Made by a program: the position numbers and the translations under genes
Notes under the pieces: model-generated
The model's database searches: none
The model's input: only the letters and a program-made list of their open reading frames with translations
Told to the model about the DNA's origin: nothing
In this document: piece by piece, positions 29,585 to 38,984 of the stretch
How the letters are laid out: each line of letters opens with the position of its first letter
How positions within the stretch are numbered: position 1 is the stretch's first letter
Virus record (IMG/VR): IMGVR_UViG_3300044846_005371
Span: 56,169 to 120,168 of that record
Origin: a virus
Reading direction: 5' to 3' (one strand)
DNA: 64,000 bases

Positions 29585-29599
29585 CTATCTTTGATTATT

Positions 29600-29614
29600 T
29601 TTATTATTTATCTA
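29600..29614 (-). promoter_or_regulatory. Putative late promoter of the tail tube operon
   Basis: GATAAATAATAAAAA. Confidence 0.65.
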
Positions 29615-29619
29615 GTGAG

Positions 29620-30438
29620 TTATTCGCTTTCTTCCATATCATCTTCCTTATCAGAAGGTTTGTTTGAAAGAATCTCTTTATCTTTTCTTGCACCAAATAT
29701 TGAATTAGGATCTGCTTGTGATATAGAAGCGACTTCAGCGGATCTACTAGTAAAAGTTTCAGCAGACACTCTATCTCCACGATAATTCAAAACAAGTGAT
29801 GGAATAATCGTTTGAAATATGATTTCTTCTTTATTTTCAACAGGATCGTATGCCTTTATTTGAGAAATTGGAATTTCACTAGAATTATCAACATTTATGC
29901 TTATTCCTGGACCTGTGGCCTTCAGCTTAAATGAATTCCAACTATCTATGCTCTTTCCATCAAGTTCATCCACCATTCCAGTAGAAAGTTTCAATACTAT
30001 ATTAGGATTTCCAGAATCTAATCCACTTGTTGATACTTCTCGTAATACTACGTGATCAGTAATTAACTGAACATCAAACGTAACATCATTGAAATACTTC
30101 TTGTTTATTTCTTCCTTATTTGCATGATCTTTAGACATTTCCCTAGCGTATTCTACACTAATCATTTCCTTTATCTTCTCAGAAGCAAGATCAAATTTTC
30201 TTTTCAATAAGGATACTTCACTTAAAATATAATATGTCGACGTTGCATACGCCTCAGTGTAATTCATGTCAGGAAAAACATCAACTTGATGAAGTTTTGC
30301 TAAAATTTTAGATTGATCGAAGAATGTCGAGCCATTTACTATCTTCCAAGACAGATCATGGCTTATAATGGCTTGAAAAACAAAACCACCGTCCTTTGCA
30401 CTAGTCTCATCATAGTAACTCGATTCAAAAAGTTTCAT
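29620..30438 (-). CDS. Hypothetical late protein
   Basis: 272 aa; begins MKLFES. Confidence 0.7.
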   Translation of the reverse strand: MKLFESSYYDETSAKDGGFVFQAIISHDLSWKIVNGSTFFDQSKILAKLHQVDVFPDMNYTEAYATSTYYILSEVSLLKRKFDLASEKIKEMISVEYAREMSKDHANKEEINKKYFNDVTFDVQLITDHVVLREVSTSGLDSGNPNIVLKLSTGMVDELDGKSIDSWNSFKLKATGPGISINVDNSSEIPISQIKAYDPVENKEEIIFQTIIPSLVLNYRGDRVSAETFTSRSAEVASISQADPNSIFGARKDKEILSNKPSDKEDDMEESE

Positions 30439-30695
30439 TAATCTTCGTTTGCGTCTCTTGTTCTGGTGTAGTTTTTCCAGATCTCATTATAAATGTTGCA
30501 AGAAGCTCCCAAGAAGTTAACAATTCCGACGTATTTTTTCTTCTTTTCGCCGTCCATGTTAGCGATCTTAACGCCGAGCTTCTTAGCATCATTGATCGTT
30601 AGCTCCTCCTTAGGATCCTTTCCAACAAGTTTTTTCAACTCTCCCTTTTTCTCCAGAATAGAGAATTTGTTAAAGTTTGTGATAGCTCTTTTCAT
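30438..30695 (-). CDS. Small basic putative head protein
   Basis: Leader NFNKFSILEK; Lys-rich. Confidence 0.65.
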   Translation of the reverse strand: MKRAITNFNKFSILEKKGELKKLVGKDPKEELTINDAKKLGVKIANMDGEKKKKYVGIVNFLGASCNIYNEIWKNYTRTRDANED

Positions 30696-30707
30696 TATCT
30701 TAAGGAA

Positions 30708-30929
30708 TTATTTTCCTACAATATTCTTCTTCTTAACTGTGTTAAGATACTGCTTAGTGTACTTGTCAAGAGCAGCTGTTCCCTTTCCTTTAACGTCAGA
30801 AAGTTCTTGCTTCACTTTGGCAGTTCCATTAGCATCTTTTGCTGCAACATTAGCTTTTGCTCTATATCCAGCCTCAGCCTTTTTAAAAGCAGCCATGAAT
30901 TGGTTGTAATTCATTACAGGATTGCTCAT
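30708..30929 (-). CDS. Small basic putative head protein
   Basis: Leader NYNQF; Lys/Ala-rich; directly after a late promoter. Confidence 0.65.
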   Translation of the reverse strand: MSNPVMNYNQFMAAFKKAEAGYRAKANVAAKDANGTAKVKQELSDVKGKGTAALDKYTKQYLNTVKKKNIVGK

Positions 30930-30940
30930 CTCTATTCGAT

Positions 30941-30955
30941 TTTTTATTATTTATC
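30941..30955 (-). promoter_or_regulatory. Putative late promoter
   Basis: GATAAATAATAAAAA. Confidence 0.65.
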
Positions 30956-30998
30956 TGAATTGTTTTGTAGAATTTAAGTATATTAGCTAAAAAAGATT

Positions 30999-31199
30999 AT
31001 GCAAATTTTACTCTGGATTCATATTGATTCCCTTGAAGACTTAAATCATGTGATTACTTACGGGTTCTTGAAAAGAGAGAATGGAACAATTTTCATATAT
31101 CATTCTAGCCAAAGCTCTGAACACGTGTGTGTCAGTATCCCATATTCTACATACTTAGACATTATCAATAACCCTAATTGTCAATCAATCGATGCCTGA
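30999..31199 (+). CDS. Hypothetical protein
   Basis: 66-aa ORF overlapping the start of the glycosylase gene. Confidence 0.5.
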   Translation: MQILLWIHIDSLEDLNHVITYGFLKRENGTIFIYHSSQSSEHVCVSIPYSTYLDIINNPNCQSIDA

Positions 31200-31977
31200 A
31201 CTTGCCGAAGTTAAAATTACATCAGAACAGATCAATTCACTATGTGAAGATCTAATTTTCAAAAAAATTCTAAAGTCGCCTGAAACCAAAGTAAAGACTG
31301 ATCTCTACTGTGAATTTGACCAGTTTAGAATAAAGGCAGTTAGTCGAGGCAAAGAATTGCAACTCACCCTATCTGAGGTTGGGACTCCAAATTCAAAAAA
31401 GATGATAATTACTTTGGGAATGAGCGGTTATTTTGTAATGTCAAATGACTGGCCAAAACACGCTCATCTTAAATTTGAATCAGAAAGTGGAAGTCTCTAC
31501 TTTGTTGATGTTCGTAGATTTGGAAAATGGAAATGGTCAACCTGGTCCAGTAATAGAGGTCCATGCGTACTAACTGAGTTCAATTCTTTCTCCGAAAACG
31601 TACTATCTAATATTAGTAAAAAAGAATTTGAGAAGCCCATCTATGAAGTTATGATGAATCAAAGATACTTTAATGGAATTGGCAACTATCTTAGGGCTGA
31701 GATCTTAAATCGATTAGATATAAATCCGTTTCAGTCCGCTCGTGAATATATTCTAGCTTCTACTAATTTCTTAGAGATGTGTCATCGAATAGTCTATGAA
31801 TCATACATTTTAGGAGGAGGTCAACTTAAAGATTGGCAAAATCCATTCAACGTTCCAGTAAACGGCTTTTCTGAATGGCTCACATGCTATTCAATCGGGG
31901 ATAAGCTACTTGACAGAAATGGAAGAACTTTTTGGTTCAATCCAAAGTGGAAACCGCAAACTTTATTAATTTCTTGA
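31192..31977 (+). CDS. Fpg/Nei-family DNA glycosylase/AP lyase
   Basis: N-terminal MPELAEV, LGMSG, DVRRFG, H2TH NQRYFNGIGNYLRAEIL and C-terminal GRTFWF without a four-Cys finger. Confidence 0.88.
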   Translation: MPELAEVKITSEQINSLCEDLIFKKILKSPETKVKTDLYCEFDQFRIKAVSRGKELQLTLSEVGTPNSKKMIITLGMSGYFVMSNDWPKHAHLKFESESGSLYFVDVRRFGKWKWSTWSSNRGPCVLTEFNSFSENVLSNISKKEFEKPIYEVMMNQRYFNGIGNYLRAEILNRLDINPFQSAREYILASTNFLEMCHRIVYESYILGGGQLKDWQNPFNVPVNGFSEWLTCYSIGDKLLDRNGRTFWFNPKWKPQTLLIS

Positions 31978-31983
31978 GTATAA
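31958..31983 (+). promoter_or_regulatory. Putative early/middle promoter AAACTT-N14-GTATAA
   Basis: Recurrent bipartite motif. Confidence 0.5.
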
Positions 31984-31990
31984 TACTAAT

Positions 31991-32446
31991 ATGAAGCACT
32001 CAATTTACTTAGATGACATCCGAACTCCAGTCGATAAGAGATGGACAGTTGTTAGAAACTATGACGAGTTTGTTGAAAAGGTCAAGGAACTTGGCTTGGA
32101 AAATATTTCATCAATATCTCTAGATCATGATCTTGGAGAAACTGCGATGATTGAATACTACACAAACGTTTCTCCAAATTACCAGTTGGACTACTCTCAT
32201 ATTGAGGAAAAAACAGGATATGATTGTGCTAAATGGCTAGTTAATCATTATTATGAGCTCTTTCCAGAAAAAAGAGAACGTCCTCGACAAGCTATTGTTT
32301 TTCCACAAGTCGTTGTTCACTCTGCAAATCCAATCGGCTCTGCAAACATGATGGGATATATCAACAATTTCCTAATGAACGAACACCAGCCTCAAACTTG
32401 CGCAAGAGTGAGAATAGAACACACAATTGAAACTCAAGTAGATTAA
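31991..32446 (+). CDS. Cyclic-phosphate-processing receiver-like domain protein
   Basis: IYLDDIRTP, ISLDHDLG, TGYDCAKWL and VHSANPIG. Confidence 0.7.
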   Translation: MKHSIYLDDIRTPVDKRWTVVRNYDEFVEKVKELGLENISSISLDHDLGETAMIEYYTNVSPNYQLDYSHIEEKTGYDCAKWLVNHYYELFPEKRERPRQAIVFPQVVVHSANPIGSANMMGYINNFLMNEHQPQTCARVRIEHTIETQVD

Positions 32447-34035
32447 TGTCAAAAGTAAAACTTGAGTTTAAACCTCGCGAAGAACAAGTAAAAATACTTG
32501 ATTTTGTCAAGTCTTCAGTAAAGGATAAGAAGAAATTCATGCTTATTGATGCTCCAACTGGCGTTGGTAAATCATATGCAGCTATGATGATTTCTGAATG
32601 GTACACTCGTGAAGTTGCCCCAAAAGGTAAAGTAGATATTCTAACGAATAGCAAACTTTTGCAAGACCAATACGTCAAAGACTTTAAATTTCTCGCAAAT
32701 CTTAAAGGTAAGGATAACTATTGGTGCCGAACTAATCAGATGAGTTGTGGTGAAGCATCGATACTTAATAAAGCGACTAACAAGAGCTGCCAAGCGTGTT
32801 CCCACAAGATTGCCCAAAGCCATTTTGTTAGAAATGAAGTAAGCTTAACTAATTTTCATCTTATAACCGCCTACTCCATGTATTCTCCTGAAATACTTGG
32901 AGATCGTGGTGCAAATTTGCTAATTGTAGATGAAGCTCATGGCTTTGAAGAAACTTTTTGTGATTTTATCTCATCAACTTTTTCTGAAAGAAGCCTAAAG
33001 GCTTTAGATATTTGGGAATATTGGATGGAGAAAGATCTTGAGAAAATTCAAAATATCGCTGAGTTAGCTGAATATGTTTCCAAGACAATAATTCCAATGA
33101 TGTCATCCAAAATAGCTTCGAACATTGATGAAGCTAAAGAGACTCGAGGAAAAAAGAAAAAGCTTGATCTTGTGAAGAAAGCAGATCACCTTGATAAGTC
33201 AATGTGTAAGTACAATCGTTTTATTAATGATCGAGAAAGCCATTCAACCAATTGGTCATTTGAAAAGGATCTAGATGCAAATGGAAAGATTAGGCTACTA
33301 GTTGAACCTATTTGGGGAAATCAATATCTTGATGAAACATTTTGGCAGCAGTACGATCATGTGATCTTTATGTCAGGCACAATATTAGATCAAGACTTAT
33401 TTAGTTTCCTAATGGGATATGATGTCGAGAACTCTTCATACTTAGCTCTTCCCTGTCCATTTGATGCTGCAAAAAGACCAATTATTTACTTGAAATTTGG
33501 TAAAATGTCCTATTATCAAAAGGAAGAGAGCTTCAAAAGAGCAGTTCCAATTATCAATAAAATTCTTGAAAAGAATGCGACAAATAAGGGAATTATCCAT
33601 AGTGGTAACTATGAATTTAGTCGTAGAATTGAGTCTTCAATAAAAAATCCTAGGCTAATTGTTCATGAATCTAAAACCAGAGAAGAATCTCTAAGTTTAC
33701 ATATCAGATCCGAGCAAGAAACTGTGATAGTTTCTCCATCTATGATAAATGGAATAGACTTGAAGGATGATTTATCTAGGTTCCAAGTAATATTAAAGGT
33801 GCCATTTCCTAACTTAATCAGTAAGAAGATTAAGAAGAGATTGGAAACCAACTCAGAATGGTATTCTTGGAAAACACTAGTTGATATTCTACAAGCTTAT
33901 GGAAGATCCATCCGAAATGATCAAGACTGGGCAGAAACTTACATTCTAGATGAATGCTTCGATCAAGTATTAAATAATCAAAGCTTGCCTCAATATTTTA
34001 AGGAAGCTTTAAAGATTAAAAAATTACCAAAGTAA
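32446..34035 (+). CDS. DinG/XPD-family SF2 helicase with Fe-S cluster
   Basis: APTGVGKS, four Cys (YWC..SC..SC..C), IVDEAH, MSGT and QAYGRSIR. Confidence 0.85.
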   Translation: MSKVKLEFKPREEQVKILDFVKSSVKDKKKFMLIDAPTGVGKSYAAMMISEWYTREVAPKGKVDILTNSKLLQDQYVKDFKFLANLKGKDNYWCRTNQMSCGEASILNKATNKSCQACSHKIAQSHFVRNEVSLTNFHLITAYSMYSPEILGDRGANLLIVDEAHGFEETFCDFISSTFSERSLKALDIWEYWMEKDLEKIQNIAELAEYVSKTIIPMMSSKIASNIDEAKETRGKKKKLDLVKKADHLDKSMCKYNRFINDRESHSTNWSFEKDLDANGKIRLLVEPIWGNQYLDETFWQQYDHVIFMSGTILDQDLFSFLMGYDVENSSYLALPCPFDAAKRPIIYLKFGKMSYYQKEESFKRAVPIINKILEKNATNKGIIHSGNYEFSRRIESSIKNPRLIVHESKTREESLSLHIRSEQETVIVSPSMINGIDLKDDLSRFQVILKVPFPNLISKKIKKRLETNSEWYSWKTLVDILQAYGRSIRNDQDWAETYILDECFDQVLNNQSLPQYFKEALKIKKLPK

Positions 34036-34038
34036 AGT

Positions 34039-35913
34039 ATGGCAAAGTCAAAAGGAGTCGAACAAAAATATCAAAAGCTAACTGATGTTGAGCACGTCTT
34101 ACTTAGACCATTTATGTATATAGGATCTATCTCTCCTCATACTGGAGAGCAGTATTTGTATAATGGAAGTGAGATATTAAAGGAAGAAGTTGTATACAAT
34201 CCCGGTTTTATCAAATTATTTGATGAGATCGTGTCCAACTCAGTTGATGAACATCGTCGTAATCCAAAACTAAATGAAATTAGAGTAACTGTCGATGTCG
34301 ATAATGGAGAGATTTCAGTTTGGGATAATGGTGGAATTCCAGTACAAAAGCATAAAGTGCATAAAGAATGGATCCCCGAAATGATCTTCTCAAATCTAAA
34401 ATCTGGTTCGAACTTTGATGATAGCGAGGAGAGAATAGTTGCCGGGACAAATGGTGTCGGCTCAACCTTAACAAATATCTTTTCAAAACAATTCACAGTA
34501 AAGACTTGTGATGGAGTAAATAAGTTCGAGCAAACTTTTACTGATAACATGCTAAAGAGAAGCAAGCCAACGGTTTCTCCTGCTAAAAAAGGATTTACTG
34601 AAATATCATTTATTCCAGATCTAAAGAGATTTGGAATGACTGTAATAGATGAAGTTAGCACAAAAATTCTATTTAAGAGATGCTTGGATGTTGCTGGCTG
34701 TAATTCAAAGTTGACAGTTAGTTTCACAATAATTAAGGATGGAAAGTCCACCAAAAGTGTTCTAAAGTTCAAAACTTTCGAAGAATATATCGCATTGTAT
34801 ACATCAGATTATTTTTACGAAGAATCTAAAGATTGGAAGATAGGTTTTGCCAAATCTGACTCAGGTTTTGCAAATGTCAGTTTTGTAAATACTGTTCATA
34901 CTAAGGATGGCGGATCGCATGTTGAATATATCGCAAATCAGCTCATCAATCAATTGCGTGAGATGATTAAGAAAAAGCACAAAGTTGATGTAAAGCCAAG
35001 CGACATTAAAAATTACCTTTATGTGTTTATTGATTGTAATATCGTAAACTCGTCATTTAGCTCGCAAACCAAAGAAAAACTCATTACTGAACCTAAGGAT
35101 TTCAAAACAAAACATGAGGTCACTGATAAAATTGCAAAGCTGATATTCAAATCCGATATTATCCAATCTGTTTTGGACTGGGTTGAAAAGAAAGCGCTTG
35201 CTCAAGAAAGAGCTGAAATGCGCAAGTTAAACAGTCAACTAGATAAGAATAAAGTTGCTAACTTAATTGATGCTCAACGTAAGGGAGACAGAGGAATTTG
35301 CATACTTGGAATATACGAAGGAATGTCCGCATTATCCGCTGTTCGAAAGTTTAGAGATACTCAAACGATGGGAGCTTATCCATTAAGAGGAAAATTTCTA
35401 AATGTTAGCGAACTATCTAATTCCGAAGTTATAGCAAATAAGGAGGTAAAAGGTCTTATGGGTTCGCTTGGCTTGAAGCTAGGAGAAGAACCTACTGGAT
35501 TAAGATACGGTCGAATCTACTTGTATGTCGATGCTGATCCTGATGGAAATTCAATCGCAGGTCAATTGATAAATTTCTTTAATAAGTACTGGCCAGAATT
35601 ATTCGAGCAGGGCAGAATCTATAAAGTAATGACACCATTAGTTGTTGCTAGAAAAGGATCAACTATTAATAGCTTCTATACTCAAGCAGAGTTTGATGCC
35701 TGGCTGTCTAAAAACAATCCAAAATCTTGGAGTATAGAATACAAGAAAGGATTAGCTGCGTTAGAGGATGACGAATATCAGGAAATAATAAAGAATCCAT
35801 ATGTTGTGCAATTGAAAAATGATCACACTACTCGAGATTCATTAAATGCCTGGTTCGGCAGTGATTCTCAACCTAGAAAGGAAAAAATACTAAACTTACA
35901 ACCTAATATCTAA
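34039..35913 (+). CDS. g39: Type II DNA topoisomerase, ATPase/TOPRIM subunit (T4 gp39+gp60 equivalent, uninterrupted)
   Basis: HVLLRPFMYIG, FDEIVSNSVD, AGTNGVG, EGMSA, YPLRGK, DADPDG and YKKGL. Confidence 0.93.
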   Translation: MAKSKGVEQKYQKLTDVEHVLLRPFMYIGSISPHTGEQYLYNGSEILKEEVVYNPGFIKLFDEIVSNSVDEHRRNPKLNEIRVTVDVDNGEISVWDNGGIPVQKHKVHKEWIPEMIFSNLKSGSNFDDSEERIVAGTNGVGSTLTNIFSKQFTVKTCDGVNKFEQTFTDNMLKRSKPTVSPAKKGFTEISFIPDLKRFGMTVIDEVSTKILFKRCLDVAGCNSKLTVSFTIIKDGKSTKSVLKFKTFEEYIALYTSDYFYEESKDWKIGFAKSDSGFANVSFVNTVHTKDGGSHVEYIANQLINQLREMIKKKHKVDVKPSDIKNYLYVFIDCNIVNSSFSSQTKEKLITEPKDFKTKHEVTDKIAKLIFKSDIIQSVLDWVEKKALAQERAEMRKLNSQLDKNKVANLIDAQRKGDRGICILGIYEGMSALSAVRKFRDTQTMGAYPLRGKFLNVSELSNSEVIANKEVKGLMGSLGLKLGEEPTGLRYGRIYLYVDADPDGNSIAGQLINFFNKYWPELFEQGRIYKVMTPLVVARKGSTINSFYTQAEFDAWLSKNNPKSWSIEYKKGLAALEDDEYQEIIKNPYVVQLKNDHTTRDSLNAWFGSDSQPRKEKILNLQPNI

Positions 35914-35919
35914 AAATAA

Positions 35920-36399
35920 ATGAAAGCCGTAAAAGTTACTAAATTGAATAGCGCTATGCAACGCTTAAATCTGAATATTAACCAAGTAGTTGCTAGATTC
36001 TATGCAGAGATTAATGAATCCTTCAACTTAGACAATAATCCGAATAGCGATAAAGTAATAACTTTTCTTCTCTCAATTGATGAAGTTATTGAAGGAGTTG
36101 AAAAGGTCGCTGGGATGAAATTTTTTACGGAAGATCGAAAGAAAACAGATGAGTTGGTTACATATAGACAATTCTGTTACTACATACTTACTACTATGGG
36201 ATATGGCCCTAGCCAAATTGCATCACGAGTTGGATATAACCATGCGACCGTAATACATGGAAAAAACAATATTGAAGATTTATTGGATGTAGGCAGCGCA
36301 AAATACATGTATATGTATATTGAAATCATTGATCACCTTAAGCAAGTATACGCAAACAAAAAAACATTCAGAAACATACCTGATATCGTATCTAAATAA
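35920..36399 (+). CDS. DnaA C-terminal (domain IV)-like helix-turn-helix protein
   Basis: RQFCYYIL...SQIASRVGYNHATVIHG resembles DnaA RQxAMYL...IG..F..RDHTTVxH. Confidence 0.6.
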   Translation: MKAVKVTKLNSAMQRLNLNINQVVARFYAEINESFNLDNNPNSDKVITFLLSIDEVIEGVEKVAGMKFFTEDRKKTDELVTYRQFCYYILTTMGYGPSQIASRVGYNHATVIHGKNNIEDLLDVGSAKYMYMYIEIIDHLKQVYANKKTFRNIPDIVSK

Positions 36400-37760
36400 T
36401 GGCAAAGAAAACAGTTCAAACAGTTACTGATTACTTAGACACTGCATATCGTGAATATGCAGTATATGTTGTCGAAAATAGAGCAATTCCATCAGTTATT
36501 GATGGATTCAAGCCAACTCAACGTAAAGTAGTTTTTGTAGCAGATAGAGTATGGAAAAACGGTTCTGAAAAGAACTTAAAAATATTTCAGTTAGCTGGTA
36601 AGGTTGCAAGTGATGCTCATTACCACCATGGAGATTCATCTCTAAGCGGAGCAATTATTGGAATGGCTCAAAAATTCAAGAACTCAATGCCGGTTTTGGA
36701 TGAAATTGGTCAATTCGGATCCTTACGTTCTCCTGAAGCAGGTGCTCCTCGCTATATCTCAACGAGACTTCATCCTAATTTTAGATTACTATACAAGGAT
36801 TTTGAATTGCTCTCTCCTAGATACGAAGAAGGTAATGAGATCGAACCTCAATACTTTTTACCAATTATACCTACTGTTCTATTAAATGGAGGAAGCGGGA
36901 TCGCTGTCGGGTTTGCGACAAATATCCTAAATAGAAATCCATTGGAGCTAATTGACGCATGTATTAAGTCCCTGGAAGGCAAGAAGTTTAAGGAGCCTCA
37001 GCCATGGTTTAATGGATTTAGCGGAACTTGCGAAAGAGTTGATGATACTAATTCTTGGATCTTTAGAGGTCTTTATGAGATAAAGAATACGAGCACCATT
37101 CAAATATTGGAACTTCCACCATCAATGACCTATGAAAAGTATGATGCTTATCTAAATGGTCTTGAGGAAACTCGTAGAATCACAGAATACGACAATAATT
37201 GTAAGTCTGATGTGAACTATCTCATCAAGATGAGAAGAGAAGAAATTAAATCATTGCAGACTAGTGATAAGTTAGCTAAATTCCTAAAGATGGAGGAGAA
37301 AGAATCCGAAAACTTCACAGTTTTGGATGAAAATGGAGCTTTAAAGATATTTGAATCTGCGACAGACATCATCAACTATTTCGTAAACTTTAGATTAGGT
37401 TATTACAGTAAAAGAAAGGAGTATTTGATCGCAAAAATCGAATCTGAACTTCTAAACTTAAGTAATCGTGCAAGATTCATTAAGGAAATTATTGAAGGCA
37501 CGTTAAAAGTAAATAATGTTGCACGTAGCGTGATTGAAGAGCAGCTAGAAAAGAAAAAATTTGATAAGATCTCAGAATCGTATTCGTATCTTCTTTCTAT
37601 GGCAATTCATACTCTAACTAAGGAAAAATTTGAAGAGCTTTGTAAGCAAGTGGAAGTGAAGAAGGAAGAATTGGAGATGATTAAGTCTAAAACACCAGAT
37701 GGCATGTATAAAGAAGATCTTTCTGAGTTAAAAAGAGCAATTTCTAAGCAATATAGTTAG
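36399..37760 (+). CDS. g52: Type II DNA topoisomerase, breakage-reunion subunit (gp52-like)
   Basis: RAIPSVIDGFKPTQRK, YHHGDSS, APRYI (catalytic Tyr) and GIAVGFAT. Confidence 0.93.
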   Translation: MAKKTVQTVTDYLDTAYREYAVYVVENRAIPSVIDGFKPTQRKVVFVADRVWKNGSEKNLKIFQLAGKVASDAHYHHGDSSLSGAIIGMAQKFKNSMPVLDEIGQFGSLRSPEAGAPRYISTRLHPNFRLLYKDFELLSPRYEEGNEIEPQYFLPIIPTVLLNGGSGIAVGFATNILNRNPLELIDACIKSLEGKKFKEPQPWFNGFSGTCERVDDTNSWIFRGLYEIKNTSTIQILELPPSMTYEKYDAYLNGLEETRRITEYDNNCKSDVNYLIKMRREEIKSLQTSDKLAKFLKMEEKESENFTVLDENGALKIFESATDIINYFVNFRLGYYSKRKEYLIAKIESELLNLSNRARFIKEIIEGTLKVNNVARSVIEEQLEKKKFDKISESYSYLLSMAIHTLTKEKFEELCKQVEVKKEELEMIKSKTPDGMYKEDLSELKRAISKQYS

Positions 37761-37775
37761 GATAAATAATAAAAA
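37761..37775 (+). promoter_or_regulatory. Putative late promoter
   Basis: GATAAATAATAAAAA. Confidence 0.65.
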
Positions 37776-37783
37776 TACATATA

Positions 37784-38152
37784 GTGATGTCTTCAATCAT
37801 AGTAAATTTCATAAAAATGCAGCAGCAAGTCAGAATATTTCACTGGCAGTCTACTAGTTACTCTAGGCATAATGCATTTGGTTCAATATATTCAGACTTT
37901 GATGGTCTTATTGATGAATTTATGGAGGTGTATATGGGAAAATATGGAAGAGTTGCGCTAGAGCAAGGAGAGTCAGTAGATTTATACAATATTGGAGATC
38001 TTCCACTAAATGATTATTTACAAACAGTTACTCAATTTCTATTAGATTTTGACTCATCTCTGAATGCTCATCAGGATACTGATCTTTTAAATCTTAGAGA
38101 TGAAATGTTGAGCAAAGTGAACAAACTTAAGTATTTATTAACTTTAAAATAA
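37784..38152 (+). CDS. Ferritin/Dps-like four-helix protein
   Basis: FHWQS.SYSRHNAF..IY....LID.FME...G.YGR and LNLRDEML...KLKYLLTLK. ATG alternative at 37787. Confidence 0.65.
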   Translation: MMSSIIVNFIKMQQQVRIFHWQSTSYSRHNAFGSIYSDFDGLIDEFMEVYMGKYGRVALEQGESVDLYNIGDLPLNDYLQTVTQFLLDFDSSLNAHQDTDLLNLRDEMLSKVNKLKYLLTLK

Positions 38153-38153
38153 G

Positions 38154-38708
38154 ATGCATATTTTAGACAATTTTATTTCTTGGAAAGATGCCAAGAAGCT
38201 CTTTGAGGAGAAACAAACATATGAATATGGCTGTGCTATGTTATATTTTGAAATGCCTCAAATGAAGGAACTTCACGAATCAATAGCTCCAGATGATGTA
38301 TACACACAAGAAGGAGATCGTTCGTTTGGATTAGAAACAAATCCTCACGTAACTCTATTATATGGCTTACATCACGATGTCGATCATGATGCAGTTATGA
38401 ACACTTGTCAATCTCGACAATATCCTCAACTTACTCTAAAGAATGCATCATGCTTCAATAATTCAGATTATGATGTTTTGAAATTCGATGTCGATTCACC
38501 AGAGTTACACCAAGTAAATCAGGAATTGACTAAATTTCCTCATACTACTAATTTTCCTGACTATCATCCACATTCTACTATTGCTTACCTTAATAAAGGC
38601 GCAGGCCAAAAGTATATTGATGCGCTAAGAGGAAAAGAATTCACAGTTACTCCAAATAAGATAGTCTATTCATTAGCGTCTGGAGATAAGATTGAAAATC
38701 CTTTATAA
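38154..38708 (+). CDS. 2H phosphoesterase, Acb1 (T4 gp57B)-like
   Basis: Two H-x-T/S motifs: PHVTLLYG and YHPHSTIAY. Confidence 0.8.
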   Translation: MHILDNFISWKDAKKLFEEKQTYEYGCAMLYFEMPQMKELHESIAPDDVYTQEGDRSFGLETNPHVTLLYGLHHDVDHDAVMNTCQSRQYPQLTLKNASCFNNSDYDVLKFDVDSPELHQVNQELTKFPHTTNFPDYHPHSTIAYLNKGAGQKYIDALRGKEFTVTPNKIVYSLASGDKIENPL

Positions 38709-38756
38709 TATTTTAATTTAGGTCGAGGCTTTAGTATATTTTTAAAAAAGACTCAT

Positions 38757-38984
38757 ATGACAGCACATAAAGTAGGCGATCAATACCGATTAAACGAGCT
38801 ATCGGTTCAAGAAGGAGGTACTTCCTTAACAGTATATCAGAATGATGGAAAAGTACTAATCTACGATAAGATAAAATCCGTAGAAAAGTACATCAATTCA
38901 ATTCTTAATAAGAAACGTGGATCCATTCTTAGAATAGTTGACACTAATACTAATCATCAATACTATCCAAATGTCGAACAATAG
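38757..38984 (+). CDS. Hypothetical protein
   Basis: 75-aa ORF. Confidence 0.6.
   Translation: MTAHKVGDQYRLNELSVQEGGTSLTVYQNDGKVLIYDKIKSVEKYINSILNKKRGSILRIVDTNTNHQYYPNVEQ

Noticed and set aside
34137-34772. 211-aa antisense ORF (and others such as 51704..52195, 30493..30909, 8991..9329, 19608..19934, 48535..48882)
   Set aside because: They lie opposite well-supported genes, have no motifs or expression signals, and are explained as codon-bias shadows.
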